A DNA stretch of 63,995 nt, filler included, from Octopus bimaculoides (GCF_001194135.2; 4 parts of 4 records of this genome joined end to end with filler, not necessarily neighbours in it); one strand, 5' to 3'; shown: positions 49,192-63,539, numbered from the whole stretch's first letter. Notes: generated by a model from the sequence alone, not told the origin. Translations and numbers: made by a program.

Positions 49192-50191
49192 AGGATTGGA
49201 TATATTAAGTCACCGAACTTCGTGATTGAGAATAGATTAACAATCAAATCATTCCTGTACAAAAATACAATCAATAACCATGTTTCTGAGAGTTAATATA
49301 TCGCATTTCTTTATTTATAGAAATATCTGACAAGAACCATATTATAGAGAAAGATTTACGTAAAGCATCAGTATCAGCTTTTCTCATCATCTTTCTGGGA
49401 AAATGATTCAAGAAAATGCCAATGAGTAACAATATGGTTAGCAATAGAAGAACAATGATGAATGGATTTTGAATAACACTTATTCAAAAGATACGTTCAA
49501 GGAAATTCACAATGCAGATGGTTGAATTCTACGGTAAGAGAACAACCACCTTATGTTTGGCATATATCGATCACCGGGAATGCTTTCAGGGATCTTGCTT
49601 TACAAATACTTAGAAAACATCACCATTCTGTCGTTCATATATTTCAGAATCTCAAAAAGCAAGATAACGAAAAACTATATGAATTAAAATAAAATATTGA
49701 TACATAACATCATTTTTTGGATATGGAACCCTTGCTGTAATGGGTAAAATGTTGCTTAGAATTAACGAAGCACGAGAACCGAGAAGGGTTGGCCTTGCAC
49801 CCTGATATTCACAGTAAAAAAAATAGTTAGCAAAAGTATTTATACAAACACAACGGAATGAAAAATTGAAAATAACATTTGCCTGGACTTAGATTTTTCT
49901 TCCATGATATAACTGCTTCTATTCCATGCAGACAAATGATGGGGATATAAAAAGTAACTTCGTTGTTCTAATTTCAATTACACAAAAATGCAATTTAATC
50001 ATTAATGCTATTTAAAATTGACACTGAAAAGAAAAACAACCAGGAAGTTCAAAGATAGACAAGTCAAGATAGTGGCAAACCGCCCGGTCTCCCGTTTGAT
50101 AAAAGTTGTTTTCAATTGAAGCTCTAATTCATTGAGATAAAATCTTAATTCTTCTTTGATAAGTATATACATACATACCTGCATATATATA

Positions 50192-50291
50192 NNNNNNNNN
50201 NNNNNNNNNNNNNNNNNNNNNNNNNNNNNNNNNNNTTAATTAATTAANNNNNNNNNNNNNNNNNNNNNNNNNNNNNNNNNNNNNNNNNNNN
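50192..50291. other. Artificial scaffold linker N44-TTAATTAATTAA-N44
   Basis: Exactly 100 bp. Confidence 0.95.
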
Positions 50292-51415
50292 ACTCCAACA
50301 TCCTCACCACAGACCCACACCCCACCCTCGCATCTCCACACTCCCCCCACGCTTCCCCACATCCCAGCACCGCCACACTACTGCACATACTACCACACCC
50401 CATTTACACAACACCGCACACAGTACCACTGACCACTTCCCAGCTCACGCACCATCATCCATACACCCACACATTACAGACGCACACACACGCACACATC
50501 AACACGTCAAAGTCACCAGCCCATATCCACACGCACACACACACACTCTCACATGCACACGCACGCGCACCTTCGTTTTGTCATCATCAATACTTTATTA
50601 TCTCCCCTTCTTCCTAGCTCTCCTGTCTAAGAACCTCTGTCCAGCGAGTCACCATGTTTGACCATCTAGTTCCAAAACATTTATTTAACTCTTTCTGTTT
50701 ATTTCATCGTGTTCCTTTCTGTTCAAGTGCATAAGCTCAAAAGGTTAAAGTCTTTCCCACTTTCCCGAATGTCAAACTAATACACCTGATGTTGATCATA
50801 CACCTGCCTTCCTCTTTTGTTTGTCTACACATGTGTCAGATTCATCGTTCTCCATAACCTTTTGAAACCCATGCGTACGTCATACGCATTTCCAAATTAT
50901 TATCTGCATTAAACAGGAACTGAATATCTTATAATACATCAGCAAAGCTAGCAACAGCATAATCTCAAGACTGCCCAACACATAGGTATTTAAAACATGA
51001 GAAATTATTTCTGCTTTTATTTGTATTTAAAAAATGCTATAGGTGTACACTCCTTTCAGCATACCAAAAATTTATCGGCAAGTAGGAATTAGTATCGAAC
51101 TCAAGATCTACATTTTCCAATACGTAATGATGTTGACGCTTTTTTCTTCACTTCGAATTTCTGTAGCTTAGAGCAACGCGAAGGATATTTGAAAAATGTA
51201 TAGACCCCGTGTACATACTTCGGGCTATACTTTCACGTCGAGGCTAAATATATATTAATAAAAATATGGTTGCAATTTCATTTGCATCCGCATCCATATT
51301 CCGTATATTTATTTATTAACGTAGATACATAAGCACTCACATTTTTGCATAAACACGTTAACACACACACCCTCTTTCCATCTATCTCTTTCTCTCTCTC
51401 CATCCCTCTCTCTCG

Positions 51416-51461
<46 letters not shown>

Positions 51462-52613
51462 NNNNNNNNNNNNNNNNNNNNNNNNNNNNNNNNNNNNNNN
51501 NNNNNNNNNNNNNNNNNNNNNNNNNNNNNNNNNNNNNNNNNNNNNNNNNNNNNNNNNNNNNNNNNNNNNNNNNNNNNNNNNNNNNNNNNNNNNNNNNNNN
51601 NNNNNNNNNNNNNNNNNNNNNNNNNNNNNNNNNNNNNNNNNNNNNNNNNNNNNNNNNNNNNNNNNNNNNNNNNNNNNNNNNNNNNNNNNNNNNNNNNNNN
51701 NNNNNNNNNNNNNNNNNNNNNNNNNNNNNNNNNNNNNNNNNNNNNNNNNNNNNNNNNNNNNNNNNNNNNNNNNNNNNNNNNNNNNNNNNNNNNNNNNNNN
51801 NNNNNNNNNNNNNNNNNNNNNNNNNNNNNNNNNNNNNNNNNNNNNNNNNNNNNNNNNNNNNNNNNNNNNNNNNNNNNNNNNNNNNNNNNNNNNNNNNNNN
51901 NNNNNNNNNNNNNNNNNNNNNNNNNNNNNNNNNNNNNNNNNNNNNNNNNNNNNNNNNNNNNNNNNNNNNNNNNNNNNNNNNNNNNNNNNNNNNNNNNNNN
52001 NNNAGAGAGTGTCAGAGTGATAGATATAGACATATACATACATACATACATGCATGCATGCATACGTATATACATATATATTATACAATAGGTAGTCACA
52101 TTATACTAACTTATATATCTATGCATGTAGCTGTGATTAAAACGTGATCCGAAACTGCAGATAACTCTTTAAAAAAAACAAATCTAAATTAAATAAAAAT
52201 TACTATCCCAGATGTGTTTCAGAACAATCTATTTTTCATAACCCTGGGCTGTTCGAAAATAGACAATCATTCAACGAGGGCATTTAGAACTCCTTTGCGA
52301 TGGTAAGCCTATAATGAGCTTCCATGCTGAGAACATCTTCTTAATCTGTACCACGCTGGCCCAACTGGTGTGACCCTCTAGATATTACACTCTGTTCCTT
52401 CGTTTTATTTCCTGTTGTTCCTAACGCACACGTTCACACACACACACCACATATACACACACATGTGCACATACACACTAATTTCACACATATATATTCA
52501 CATGTAAATTACAATTTTGTATAAAGAATTCCTAATGAACTTTTCAAGTAAATTACTACACGCTTCCGACAAATATGAATATTCTTTCTGTTATTATACA
52601 TCTTCCCCCAATT

Positions 52614-52818
52614 TAGCGAACTGGCAGAAACATTAGCACGCCGGCCGAAATACTTAACCGTTTTTCGTCTGTCTTTTTGTTCTGAGTTCAAATTCCAACG
52701 AGGTTGAATTTGCCTTTCTTCCACTCGGGATCGATAAATTAAGTACCACTGGGGTTGATCTACTCGACTGGCGTCCTCCCCCAAAATGTTTGTCCTTCTA
52801 TCGAGAGTAGAAAAGTTT
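52614..52818 (+). mobile_element. SINE family B
   Basis: gcgaactggcagaaacattagcacgccgg...ttctgagttcaaattcc...gagagtagaaaag. Confidence 0.85.
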
Positions 52819-53393
52819 TTTATCTCTTCCACCTTATGTTGCTGCACTTTACTATTTCAAGGTTAGACTGTATCTCACCCAAGCAATCCCCTATCTCCTC
52901 CTATCTCCCTCTCTAACTCCCTCCCCATCTCTCCCACATGCCTCCCTCTCCTCTCCCACTCTCTGATACACTTATCTCAACAGAATTACAACTTCCGTCT
53001 AAGCTGTCAATTGAAACACTAATTTCATTCATATCTGTGTATGTTTCAGAGACTTTTGGACTCGGTGCAACAGAAGCTCATAAATTCCTGTAGATTCAAT
53101 TCGATATTAACATTACAATAAGCGATGCTATACACACGCACGCACACACATCTGTGTGCTGTTAATGGCATTTTAATCCCCGATACTTCTGTCAAAAACG
53201 GGAAGGATACGTAAGGCATTGTTGCAGTTGAATATCTGATGTGGTTACTACAGGCACTGATGTGTGCTTTCAGGGTCACCTCAATCCATCGGCACCCTGG
53301 ATCTCTCCTACTATGTATAGCCGGTTTCTTCTGAGACAATTTGGTAGAATGAAACTGTTTGGAAGCCATTCTATGTATATGCCCATGTGTGGA

Positions 53394-53770
53394 TGGGCAT
53401 TGGCCCAATGGTTATGGCAACGGACTCACTGTTGTAGGATCGCGGTTTCGATTCCCAAACCGAGCGTTGTCAGTGTTCATTGAGCGAAAACACCTGAAGC
53501 TCGACGGGGTTCCGGCAGGGGATATTGGCAAACCCTACTGTACAGTTTCAACACAACTTTCTCTCATTCTTTCTTCCTGTTTCTGTTGTACCTATATTTC
53601 AAAGGAGCCAGCCTTTTCACACTCTGTGTAACGCTGAATTTCCCCGTGAACTACGGTAAGGCTACAAGTGTCTGTGGAATGCTCATCCACTTGCACGTTA
53701 ATTTCACGAGCAGGCTGTTCCGCTGATTGGATTAAATGGCACCCGCTTTATCATAACCGACGGAGTGCCA
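53394..53770 (+). mobile_element. SINE family C, near full length
   Basis: tRNA-like head (ggtttcgattccc B-box) and the same body as 15909-16230, ending accgacggagtgcc. Confidence 0.8.
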
Positions 53771-53995
53771 CGATATGCGCATATGTGTGCGCGTGCGCAT
53801 CTCTCTCTCTCTCTATGAATGTGTGTGTATGTGTCTAGCTGTGTATATCTGTTTGGCTTTGTGCGGTATTGGTGCGTTTAATTCTGCTCTACTTAGCTTT
53901 CGGACAGAAGACAGCAAGTAAAAGTATCAGAAAACAAAAAAAAAAAAAACCCGTTTCAAAAACCGATTATAGCAGTGACTCGATCAATTCCTAGG

Positions 53996-54037
53996 GATAT
54001 CTGAAGAAGGAATTTTTATACTCCAAAATATTATATC
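53996..54037 (+). ncRNA. Decayed minimal (Penelope-type) hammerhead-like motif
   Basis: GATAT-CTGAAGA-AGGA...TCC-(A)AAA(TA)TT-ATATC. Stem I has 5 bp; the GAAACG part is explicable only by assumed CpG decay. Confidence 0.2.
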
Positions 54038-54406
54038 AGACTATGGATGATTAACTTATATTAAGTTATTATAGTGCAATGTTGTTATTACAGTGCATTG
54101 TTGAGCCATTCAATATACTTTTTTCTTTAAAAAAACAAAAGGAATAAAAACAAGACTTGGATCTGTTAATCCGATAAACTCTTCCCGGTGGTACACGAGT
54201 ATGACCGAAATACAATTGACAGAAAGGATAAAAAATAAAAGGTAATTTCTTTCCAAGTGAGAAATTCTTTGAACTGAAATTCAGAAATCTTCGTTGTATT
54301 CAGTCTATCATCTTGTTGCCGAATGGAGTTTGAACGTACAACATCTCTGTTAGGTTACCTTCCAAAATTGTATTCTCAATTACGTTATATATCAGTAGGA
54401 TTGACT

Positions 54407-54706
54407 GCGCGTGGCGCATAGTGTTTAGTTTATTAAGTTCACGATCGTAATGCCCTGAGTTCGATACACGGAGACGTGTTGAACCTTTTAGCGTGACACT
54501 TTGGTTGAGGTTACTCCAGTGCACCCAGCTGGTCAACATGTTTAATACCTGTATTTCAAAGGACGAACCATGATTTATTCTATATCCCTGCTGAATATCC
54601 CTGTGAACTGCAACGAATGTACCCGTGTCTGTGGATTGCTCAGCCACTTGGTCGTTAATTTCAATAGCAAACTCTTCCACTGATCGTATCAAATGGAATA
54701 CTCGGG
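54407..54706 (+). mobile_element. SINE family C, diverged
   Basis: gcgcgtggcgcatagtg...gagttcgatac...cagctgg...aatacctgtatttcaaagg...ctcagccacttg. Confidence 0.75.
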
Positions 54707-55812
54707 ATCATATCCTATAGAGCGTAATATTTTTTTTTATATATCAGTAGGAAATATGTTGCATGTATTTAAAGTTCAAATTGCTTTGTTACAAACCACT
54801 CCCTATCCTTGTTCCAGTGATTATTCTGTTTCTTACATCTCTTGCCTACAAGCTGGAAATTTCGTCCCATAAATCTCTAATAATGATCTTGAAAATGATA
54901 ATGTAATGATTGGCATATTGATATATGAAAGTGTTTCCTTGGGATTTTCTGGATAAGTCTCCATATAATGACTAAGGATATATTATACCTTCAACTTGAA
55001 AAAGGCCTGCTTAAATGTCCCCTGCCTCTTTAGAGGTAGCTGTCTTACTGTACTGTTCTCTAACAGAGAATATTTTTATTTGAATGCACCAAGGGGGCAT
55101 AAGTCGTGACTACACCCATCGAAAGTCAGTGGTAGCCTGCAGGACCTAGACTTTTGGCAGAGTATATGTTTGATTTGGTTTCTAAAATTTGGGGGCTGAA
55201 AAACAGAGAAAAAAGCAACACTAAAGATTGCTTATGGAATAGCAGAAACGGAGATGACTGGTATCTGATGTAATTTCCTATGCCCATGATTTCACGTGAA
55301 CACTTAATGTTTCCTTGATGTGCATGTATGTATACGGTGATATACATGAAAGTAAATATTCAGTGTAATTTGTTTTAGTTCACGAAAAAGAGAGTGTTTG
55401 TTATAGCAATTTAATGAAAATTGATTCAGCGAATGCTCAATGAATTGTTGGTCTGGTTTTGGCACCAGCTTGGGCGCATTACGGTGTCGTGAATTCGCAA
55501 GAGACTAACATAAAATATTAGTGATGCATTTAGCTAATGCGTTCATGTATACTTTTTGAAAACATATTTTTCGGTACGCATTAAAATATTTGATTCACTA
55601 TAAATTATTAAAAAAAAAATATTCTTTCAATTTCCAGAAACTTGCAACGATGTAACAGGAACACAATTGGCTGAAAATCAACAATGATATCTTACATTGA
55701 ATTACAAGTTACCGTTTATGTGTTTATTTTATAGCAATATGGCTACTTGGCTTATATTTCAGTTCATACAATTTACGTTCTATTTATTGTCTTCCATATT
55801 CTCTCTTTGCAG

Positions 55813-55883
55813 AATTAATATGTTTGAACTTCATGACAGAAGTGATGTCCCTTTATTACCTTTTGAAGTTGTCCCGTGTTTAG
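55813..55883 (+). CDS. Candidate small exon
   Basis: Strong acceptor 'attctctctttgcag|' and donor 'TAG|gtaaac'. One frame is open: INMFELHDRSDVPLLPFEVVPCL. Confidence 0.2.
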
Positions 55884-56624
55884 GTAAACATTGTACTTTA
55901 TAACCTTGTATGATCAAATGAAATCATTGACTGTTAGCTTTGATGCATTATTTGAGTCATATCACGTAGTTTCTTGGTAAAGGTTCTTCACTTCAAACTG
56001 TCCCAATCTATTCAACCGAAAATAAGGACCATTCTGCTGTTCAGGAAGTTTTTTTCTGCTAGATCATCTCCCTTTCTGCGTTTTTTTCTCACTGTACCCT
56101 TATCTACTTCGCACTTTCCAGCTGTATCATTCTAGATATATAGTTGAATCACTGCCGAGTAGTCCAAGTATCTTTTGCACACTCCGTCTTTAACCAGGAT
56201 CAGATGCTGAAGTTGATTACGGTTGAAAGACACATAGCTCTTCAATGCGCTTCCAAGAAAATTAAGAAACCTAAACAATGTAGGTGTGGATGTCTTCGAA
56301 AAGTGATTGGGCATTCTCCTAAGTATGTAACAAAATGAACCAATATCACGGCATGAAATATAGATTAGGGCAACTCTGTCTAACTCATTCATCCACCAAA
56401 TAAGCCAAGAATAAGGAAAAACGCAAATACAACAATGGTGATACGAGATCCGCACACTCTGAAATAATCAGGCTAATTATAAAACTGCGAAAATGGTATA
56501 AAATCTCACAGGTAGTCCAGGATGGCCACAGCCTTGTGCCTAAAAAGAATAAAAGAAATAAAATAAAATTTGTTTTTGTGTGCGTGCGTCTGTGCGCGTG
56601 CGTCTGTGCTGTCAAGTGCATGCA

Positions 56625-56659
<35 letters not shown>

Positions 56660-57758
56660 CGGTGTGCGTGCGTGTGTGTCGGTGTGCGTGTGTGTGTGTC
56701 GGTGTGCGTGTGTGTGCGCGTTTGCTTTGCATGTGTGTTTACGTATGGATGGGTTTCGCAGCTAAAACATCCCCGCCTCTTAATTAAAGCTGTAACATAT
56801 CAGATAAAGTTTTAAAATTCAGAATCCACAGGGCATTGAAAGAGTGGTATTATTGTCAAATTCAATAATATTGTGTCTTTAATATAATCCATCTCGGAAA
56901 TTAATATTTGAAAATCAGTAATCCTTGGATTTTCTTCTCCTACTGGAATTGGTATCTGTTTTATCCTTGCAGTTAGCAGCTAACCATGTGCGTTAATCCT
57001 TGATATGGTATCTTCTACAAAGAGATACAGCGCTTTCACATCAGAATAAGATGAGCTATTTCTCATTCAATTCGCTCAGATAATTTCTACTGGAATCCAG
57101 TTATTAAATATTTACAAAGTGTAGGTATAATGATTATATCTAATCTCCCATTTCGTTAACCCAGGATTGAATGATCAGTAAATATTGATATTATCTAAAC
57201 CTAAGTTTCATTTAAGTTTACATTATATTTTCATCTCTTTTAAATCTATTCAGCTAAATTTTGACATGGATTGCTGTTTGTCGATACCAGTAAAACAAAC
57301 ATGATCAATGGTTGATTATGATGTATATAGAACATACTTCCACAGATAAAATAAAGTGTAACAAAGGGATATGTAATAATGTATATAGCAGAAATAAACG
57401 TATAGCCAATCCTTTGTGGAAGATGTAAATTATAGCGGAATCCATATAACGGATGCATTTCTTATGTTATTCTTCCAATGTGGCTGCACTTGAACCTTGT
57501 AAATTGTAACTTAGAATATTCTTGCCATAAAAGCGATATCCTACACTTCAAAATCCAACTGCACAGTGAATATAACTGTGAAGTATATATTAGCATTGAG
57601 GGATCGTGTAATGTAATTTAGAACAGGGTATAGTTTAGATGCGTTGCGGTGATCTGTATAAAGAACTGAGGTGCATGATATCCTGGGTGCTATTTAACTA
57701 AATATGTGTTTGTATATATGTATACATACATACATATACACACACATATATACATATT

Positions 57759-57801
<43 letters not shown>

Positions 57802-59565
57802 NNNNNNNNNNNNNNNNNNNNNNNNNNNNNNNNNNNNNNNNNNNNNNNNNNNNNNNNNNNNNNNNNNNNNNNNNNNNNNNNNNNNNNNNNNNNNNNNNNN
57901 NNNNNNNNNNNNNNNNNNNNNNNNNNNNNNNNNNNNNNNNNNNNNNNNNNNNNNNNNNNNNNNNNNNNNNNNNNNNNNNNNNNNNNNNNNNNNNNNNNNN
58001 NNNNNNNNNNNNNNNNNNNNNNNNNNNNNNNNNNNNNNNNNNNNNNNNNNNNNNNNNNNNNNNNNNNNNNNNNNNNNNNNNNNNAATTTACGAAGAGAAT
58101 ATAAACATATAAACATATTTTAATTATATATACACATATATTTCGGGGAGAATTAAGACTAATGAGAAAATAATGTTTTTCCATTGTCATTATGAAATGA
58201 TAAAGCAGCTGCAAAAGCGGTTTTGCACAAACCTGATGTATACTAATGCATTATTTGTTTAATTCATACATAAATGAAGTGATAACTATGCTATATACAT
58301 ATTGATGTGTCTCCCACATTTCTTATTTATGTATTACTATACAATTCGTCTCTCACCGTTGTCTTTATTGCGTTTATGTTTTCTTATTTTCAACTTCTAC
58401 ATTTCGTGAACCGCAACATATTGCTGAAATGAATTCTACTTCAGTATAGTTAACTATCATCGGTAATTTGAATTCATTTCCTTCCTAAGTGGGACATAGA
58501 ATCTAATGTTTCTATTTGACTAATATCTCTCCTCGTATTTTCGTTATTTTTAATTCATCTAACTAATATCTATGTTTATTGATTTGAAATTTTATCACAA
58601 ACCCAGCAATATCGTAGAAGGGTGTCAGTCAATTACATCTACCCCAGTGCATATATATATATTCATGCATATGTGTGTGCATATATATATGCACGCACAT
58701 ATGTAAGTACACACACATGCATAAACACGTACATCACACACACATAGACATATATATATATACGCACGCGCATATGTATCTACGGATATATAGAATCGAT
58801 CCGATACATAGTGTAATATATCCTGCTATACAGATAATGGTATTTCTGTTTGGTTTGAAATCCTCTTTTATTATGTTGTAAATGTATGTAAATATTGGAT
58901 AGATATTGCTTTCAAAATTTATTTCCACCTAACAGTTAGAGTATTTCTCACAAATTGATATCAGTAAATATGTTGGAAAATATTTACACGAGTTAATGCA
59001 AATATTCTTTCGATTCGATAAGATCACGTCAAATGAAAAAGTTATTAAAATATTCATGGTCATTTCTGGATGATTGCGAAGTTCATATAAAAGAAGGCTT
59101 TCAAATATTAATCAAATCCGATTCCAGAATCGACGAATGAAATTTAATCAACTTTATATTTCTGCAACGCTGCAGTATTTACTGTAGACATTTTGTGCCG
59201 TATTTATTCTCGTTCTTCAATGCAATCATGAATGGATATGCACATCTTACATACACATCTTACACACCCACACAAACACACACACATACACGTATGTATA
59301 TAATTATAGATATATAGATATATATATACATGTATGTATATGTATATATTTATATACGTTACACTTACATACATACATACATACATACATGCATACATAC
59401 ATATACATTACATACAACCTGTGGGACCAGTTATGTCCATGAGATATATTAAGTTATTATTTCTACAGTGTTTGAATTGATAATTCGATTTCAGATCTGG
59501 AGATCCCAACATTTATTAATTTTAGTAATTTTGATTTTCTATTTTGCGTTGTTTAATTCTCCGTT

Positions 59566-59601
<36 letters not shown>

Positions 59602-59702
59602 GCGCGCACACACACACACACGCGCGCGCGCACTCACACACATACACAAACGCATATATATATATATATATATATCGAGGTTCAGTTTATGTGTACGAAA
59701 TC

Positions 59703-59816
59703 TACACACCAAGGCTTCAATCAGCCCGGCCCAATAGTAGGAACATGTGCCCAAGCAGTCATGCAGTTGGAATGAACCTGGAACCATGTAGTCTTGAAGA
59801 AAACTTCTGACCACAT
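59703..59816 (-). mobile_element. SINE family A head remnant
   Basis: Reverse complement of the family A head (atgcagttggaatgaacctggaaccatgt...accacat). Confidence 0.6.
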
Positions 59817-60446
59817 NNNNNNNNNNNNNNNNNNNNNNNNNNNNNNNNNNNNNNNNNNNNNNNNNNNNNNNNNNNNNNNNNNNNNNNNNNNNNNNNNNNN
59901 NNNNNNNNNNNNNNNNNNNNNNNNNNNNNNNNNNNNNNNNNNNNNNNNNNNNNNNNNNNNNNNNNNNNNNNNNNNNNNNNNNNNNNNNNNNNNNNNNNNN
60001 NNNNNNNNNNNNNNNNNNNNNNNNNNNNNNNNNNNNNNNNNNNNNNNNNNNNNNNNNNNNNNNNNNNNNNNNNNNNNNNNNNNNNNNNNNNNNNNNNNNN
60101 NNNNNNNNNNNNNNNNNNNNNNNNNNNNNNNNNNNNNNNNNNNNNNNNNNNNNNNNNNNNNNNNNNNNNNNNNNNNNNNNNNNNNNNNNNNNNNNNNNNN
60201 NNNNNNNNNNNNNNNNNNNNNNNNNNNNNNNNNNNNNNNNNNNNNNNNNNNNNNNNNNNNNNNNNNNNNNNNNNNNNNNNNNNNNNNNNNNNNNNNNNNN
60301 NNNNNNNNNNNNNNNNNNNNNNNNNNNNNNNNNNNNNNNNNNNNNNNNNNNNNNNNNNNNNNNNNNNNNNNNNNNNNNNNNNNNNNNNNNNNNNNNNNNN
60401 NNNNNNNNNNNNNNNNNNNNNNNNNNNNNNNNNNATTAATAATAAT

Positions 60447-60585
60447 AATAATAATAATAACAATAATAATAAGGGGGAGGAGGAAGAAGAAGTGGAGGAG
60501 GAGGAGGAGGAAGAAGAAGAGGAGGAGGAGGAGGAGAAGAAGAAGGAGAAGAAGAAGAAGAAGAAGAAGAAGAAGAAGAAGAATG
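60447..60585. repeat. (AAT)n then (GAG/AAG)n microsatellite
   Basis: Seen directly. Confidence 0.9.
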
Positions 60586-61892
60586 CGGGAATTCTATGAT
60601 AGTAGGATGTTAAATAAAATTGACTTGTGGATGGATGTTGTGATTGAATTCTAGATTTAATCTATTTCTTTTTGCAATCTACAGCTGGTTAATATATAAA
60701 TATGTGTAGGTATATGTTAGAGTAAGATGTGTTATTCAGCTTAGGATAACCTTGAATGAAGAGGATAATGATCAACACCAATACTTCTTTGACCAAACTG
60801 TCTTTTCGTTTCTCTCTATCTTCATTTATAATTGCACCTTTCCTTTTTCCTTATAGACACATATTTGCTTTAGTAAAATTTGGTTCTTCTTTCTAGGAAG
60901 GCATAACGACGTCATACTGGCTCCCATCTCAGTTCGACTCTATATAGGCAATAGACAAATATATAAACTTATTTTCTCTTTGTCATATATTTTAACTAAC
61001 TTCTGTGGAAGTCATTTACTGACATATATAGCTGATAACCTTTTAACACGAGAAACCATCAAATGTTATTTTATTTTGTACTGAAGCATCTCAACTTTTA
61101 TCTGTCAGCAAAATATAAATCAATGGCGAAGACAAGTCTAGTTTTGATTTTATACATCAACTTGCATGAAATCTAACAATATCCCCCATTTTTTTTTATA
61201 AATATTAATTGATGGCTAACATATTCTCACTTTATTTGTTAGTTTATTGAATGATAGAGTGCATATGTAGGAAACCAACAGAAGTACACACAGATGTGGA
61301 ATATATGGACATATTAACACTCGCATTTTTCACTTTGTTGAAATTATCATATACCAGTAAACTTTCTCAACTCATCCCTCAGTAGGATCATATATCTTGG
61401 CATTAAAAGTAGGATGGGTTAGAAATAAATAATTCCGTTCGAAACACAGAGAACAGCGCTCTTAAAGATTACTACGTGTCTAAAAAACGCTATTTAAGAC
61501 TTCATAGAATATAATTTGCTTTCCGTGTGTACGTCGTTATTCCGATGCATAGAGTGAACCATCCCGTTGCATTGTGCAGCCTGAGATGTAAAAACAGATG
61601 ATCGAGTGAGAATGTTTACCTCCACTAATTTGCTGCGATTCATAGCTACACCTACGAATGTTGAAACATGTCTGAACATATGCATGAAGAACATGTAGAA
61701 TAAAAATGGAATGTATCAACATGGTAGAAGGTCTCTACAAAAAATGTGGTTAAACAGATAATGGAATTTATACATATTGTGGTATAAACATGATCGTAAT
61801 TGTAATTAACGAATTGCTTTGTGTTTACTCGAAAGATCTCATTAACGGTGATCAGTAATTAAATTTTCAAAGAATTAGGAGTGATATTGAGA

Positions 61893-62098
61893 GCGACGAG
61901 GTGGCAGAGTTGTTAGCACAGAGGGCAAAATGAACAGCGACATTTTGTCAATACTTTCTTTCTCAGTTTAAATTCCTCAGAGGTCGACTTTACCTTTTAT
62001 GCTTTCGCGAAAGCACAGGGGTACTTGAGCAGAGGGGTCGATGTGCTTGACATAATCTTCTTTCAAAATTGCTAGCCTTGTACCAAAATTTGAAAACG
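61893..62098 (+). mobile_element. SINE family B, diverged
   Basis: gcgacgaggtggcagagttgttagcac...gaggtcgactttacctttt...ccttgtaccaaaatttgaaa. Confidence 0.7.
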
Positions 62099-62140
62099 AT
62101 ATTTAGATCATCATAGTCCTTTATCTTACGACATTTACTC

Positions 62141-62429
62141 AGTGGCTGTGTGGTAAGTAGCTTGTTAATCGACCACATGGTTCCGCGTTCAGTTCTACTG
62201 TGTGGCACTTTGGGCGAGTGTCTTCTACTATGGCGTCGGGTCGACCAAACCCTTGTGAGTGCATTTGGTAGACGGAAACTGAACGAAGCCCGTCGTATAT
62301 ATGTGTATACATATATATATATGTATAAGTATGGGTGTGTCTGTGTTTGTCCCCCAACATCGCTTGACAACCGATGCTGGTGTGTTTACGTCACCGTCAC
62401 TTAGCGGTTCGGCAAAGAGACCAATAGAA
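62141..62429 (+). mobile_element. SINE family A, 3'-truncated
   Basis: Collinear with 26325-26650. Confidence 0.85.
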
Positions 62430-62514
62430 GGTTTCGGCCAATGTTCTCTCCAGCCTTTATCAGATGTCCTGGAGTGTTTCGAACCTGGGTCCTCATTCCT
62501 AAGGTATTTTTCCG

Positions 62515-62573
62515 ATCTTCTTCTTCTTCTTCTTCTTCGTCTTCTTCTTCTTCTTCTTCTTCTTCTTCTTCTT

Positions 62574-62669
<96 letters not shown>
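62515..62669. repeat. (CTT)n-(ATT)n microsatellite
   Basis: Seen directly. Confidence 0.92.
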
Positions 62670-62769
62670 NNNNNNNNNNNNNNNNNNNNNNNNNNNNNNN
62701 NNNNNNNNNNNNNTTAATTAATTAANNNNNNNNNNNNNNNNNNNNNNNNNNNNNNNNNNNNNNNNNNNN
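62670..62769. other. Artificial scaffold linker N44-TTAATTAATTAA-N44
   Basis: Exactly 100 bp. Confidence 0.95.
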
Positions 62770-63498
62770 GAGAGAGAGAGAGAGAGAGAGAGTGAGAAAT
62801 GACGAATTTCCTCATTGTGTCCGCCTACAATATTCTACGTACAAAACATTATATGAGTATACGCGTATATACGTGTATATATATATATACATACATACAT
62901 ACATACATATATACATACATACATGCATGCATACATACATGCATGCATACATGCATACATACATACATGCATACGCCGGTGGTCTCTGAAACGCCTCCAG
63001 AAAGCCATTCTTGTTGATCAAGCACTTTAGAAGGCTGAGTGACACACACCAGATTGGGGCGGAAAGACATCTGGGGACAAGTTATTTTTTCCTTCTGTGA
63101 CAGCTGTATGAACTGATGGAGGGAAAAAAAAGGAAAAAGCACGGTGGAACATATGACCTCGGGGCAAGACAAGGCAGCCTGTTAAAATGTTTTGTGGGCA
63201 TTCCAGCTCACGCATAATTACACACAATGACAAAATGACACATACATAGTTGACTGTATGTATGTGTACTTACACATGTGTGTGTTTGCATGTGTGTGTG
63301 TTTGTATGTGTGTGTGTGTTTGTATGTGTGTGTGGATTCATGTATACCTGTGTGTGACTGAGAGTGTTTTTATTTTGAGCATGTGTATTTTCTGAGGCAT
63401 ATATCATATCTCATTATACAGACGCATTGGCTGCCATATTTTTCATATATATACATAAATATATATGCATGTGTGTGTGTATGTGTCCGTGTGCGTGA

Positions 63499-63539
<41 letters not shown>

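Noticed and set aside
49321-49533. Strong acceptor/donor pair (tttatag| ... ACG|gtaaga)
   Set aside because: No frame is open across the interval; sub-exons would be arbitrary.
1667-60654. Long ORFs (200-440 aa) in the ORF track
   Set aside because: They are runs of X across N gaps plus microsatellite translation, not genes.
62980-63240. GC-richer unique island with Sox/homeobox-like motifs
   Set aside because: Short motifs alone are not evidence; conservation data would be needed.
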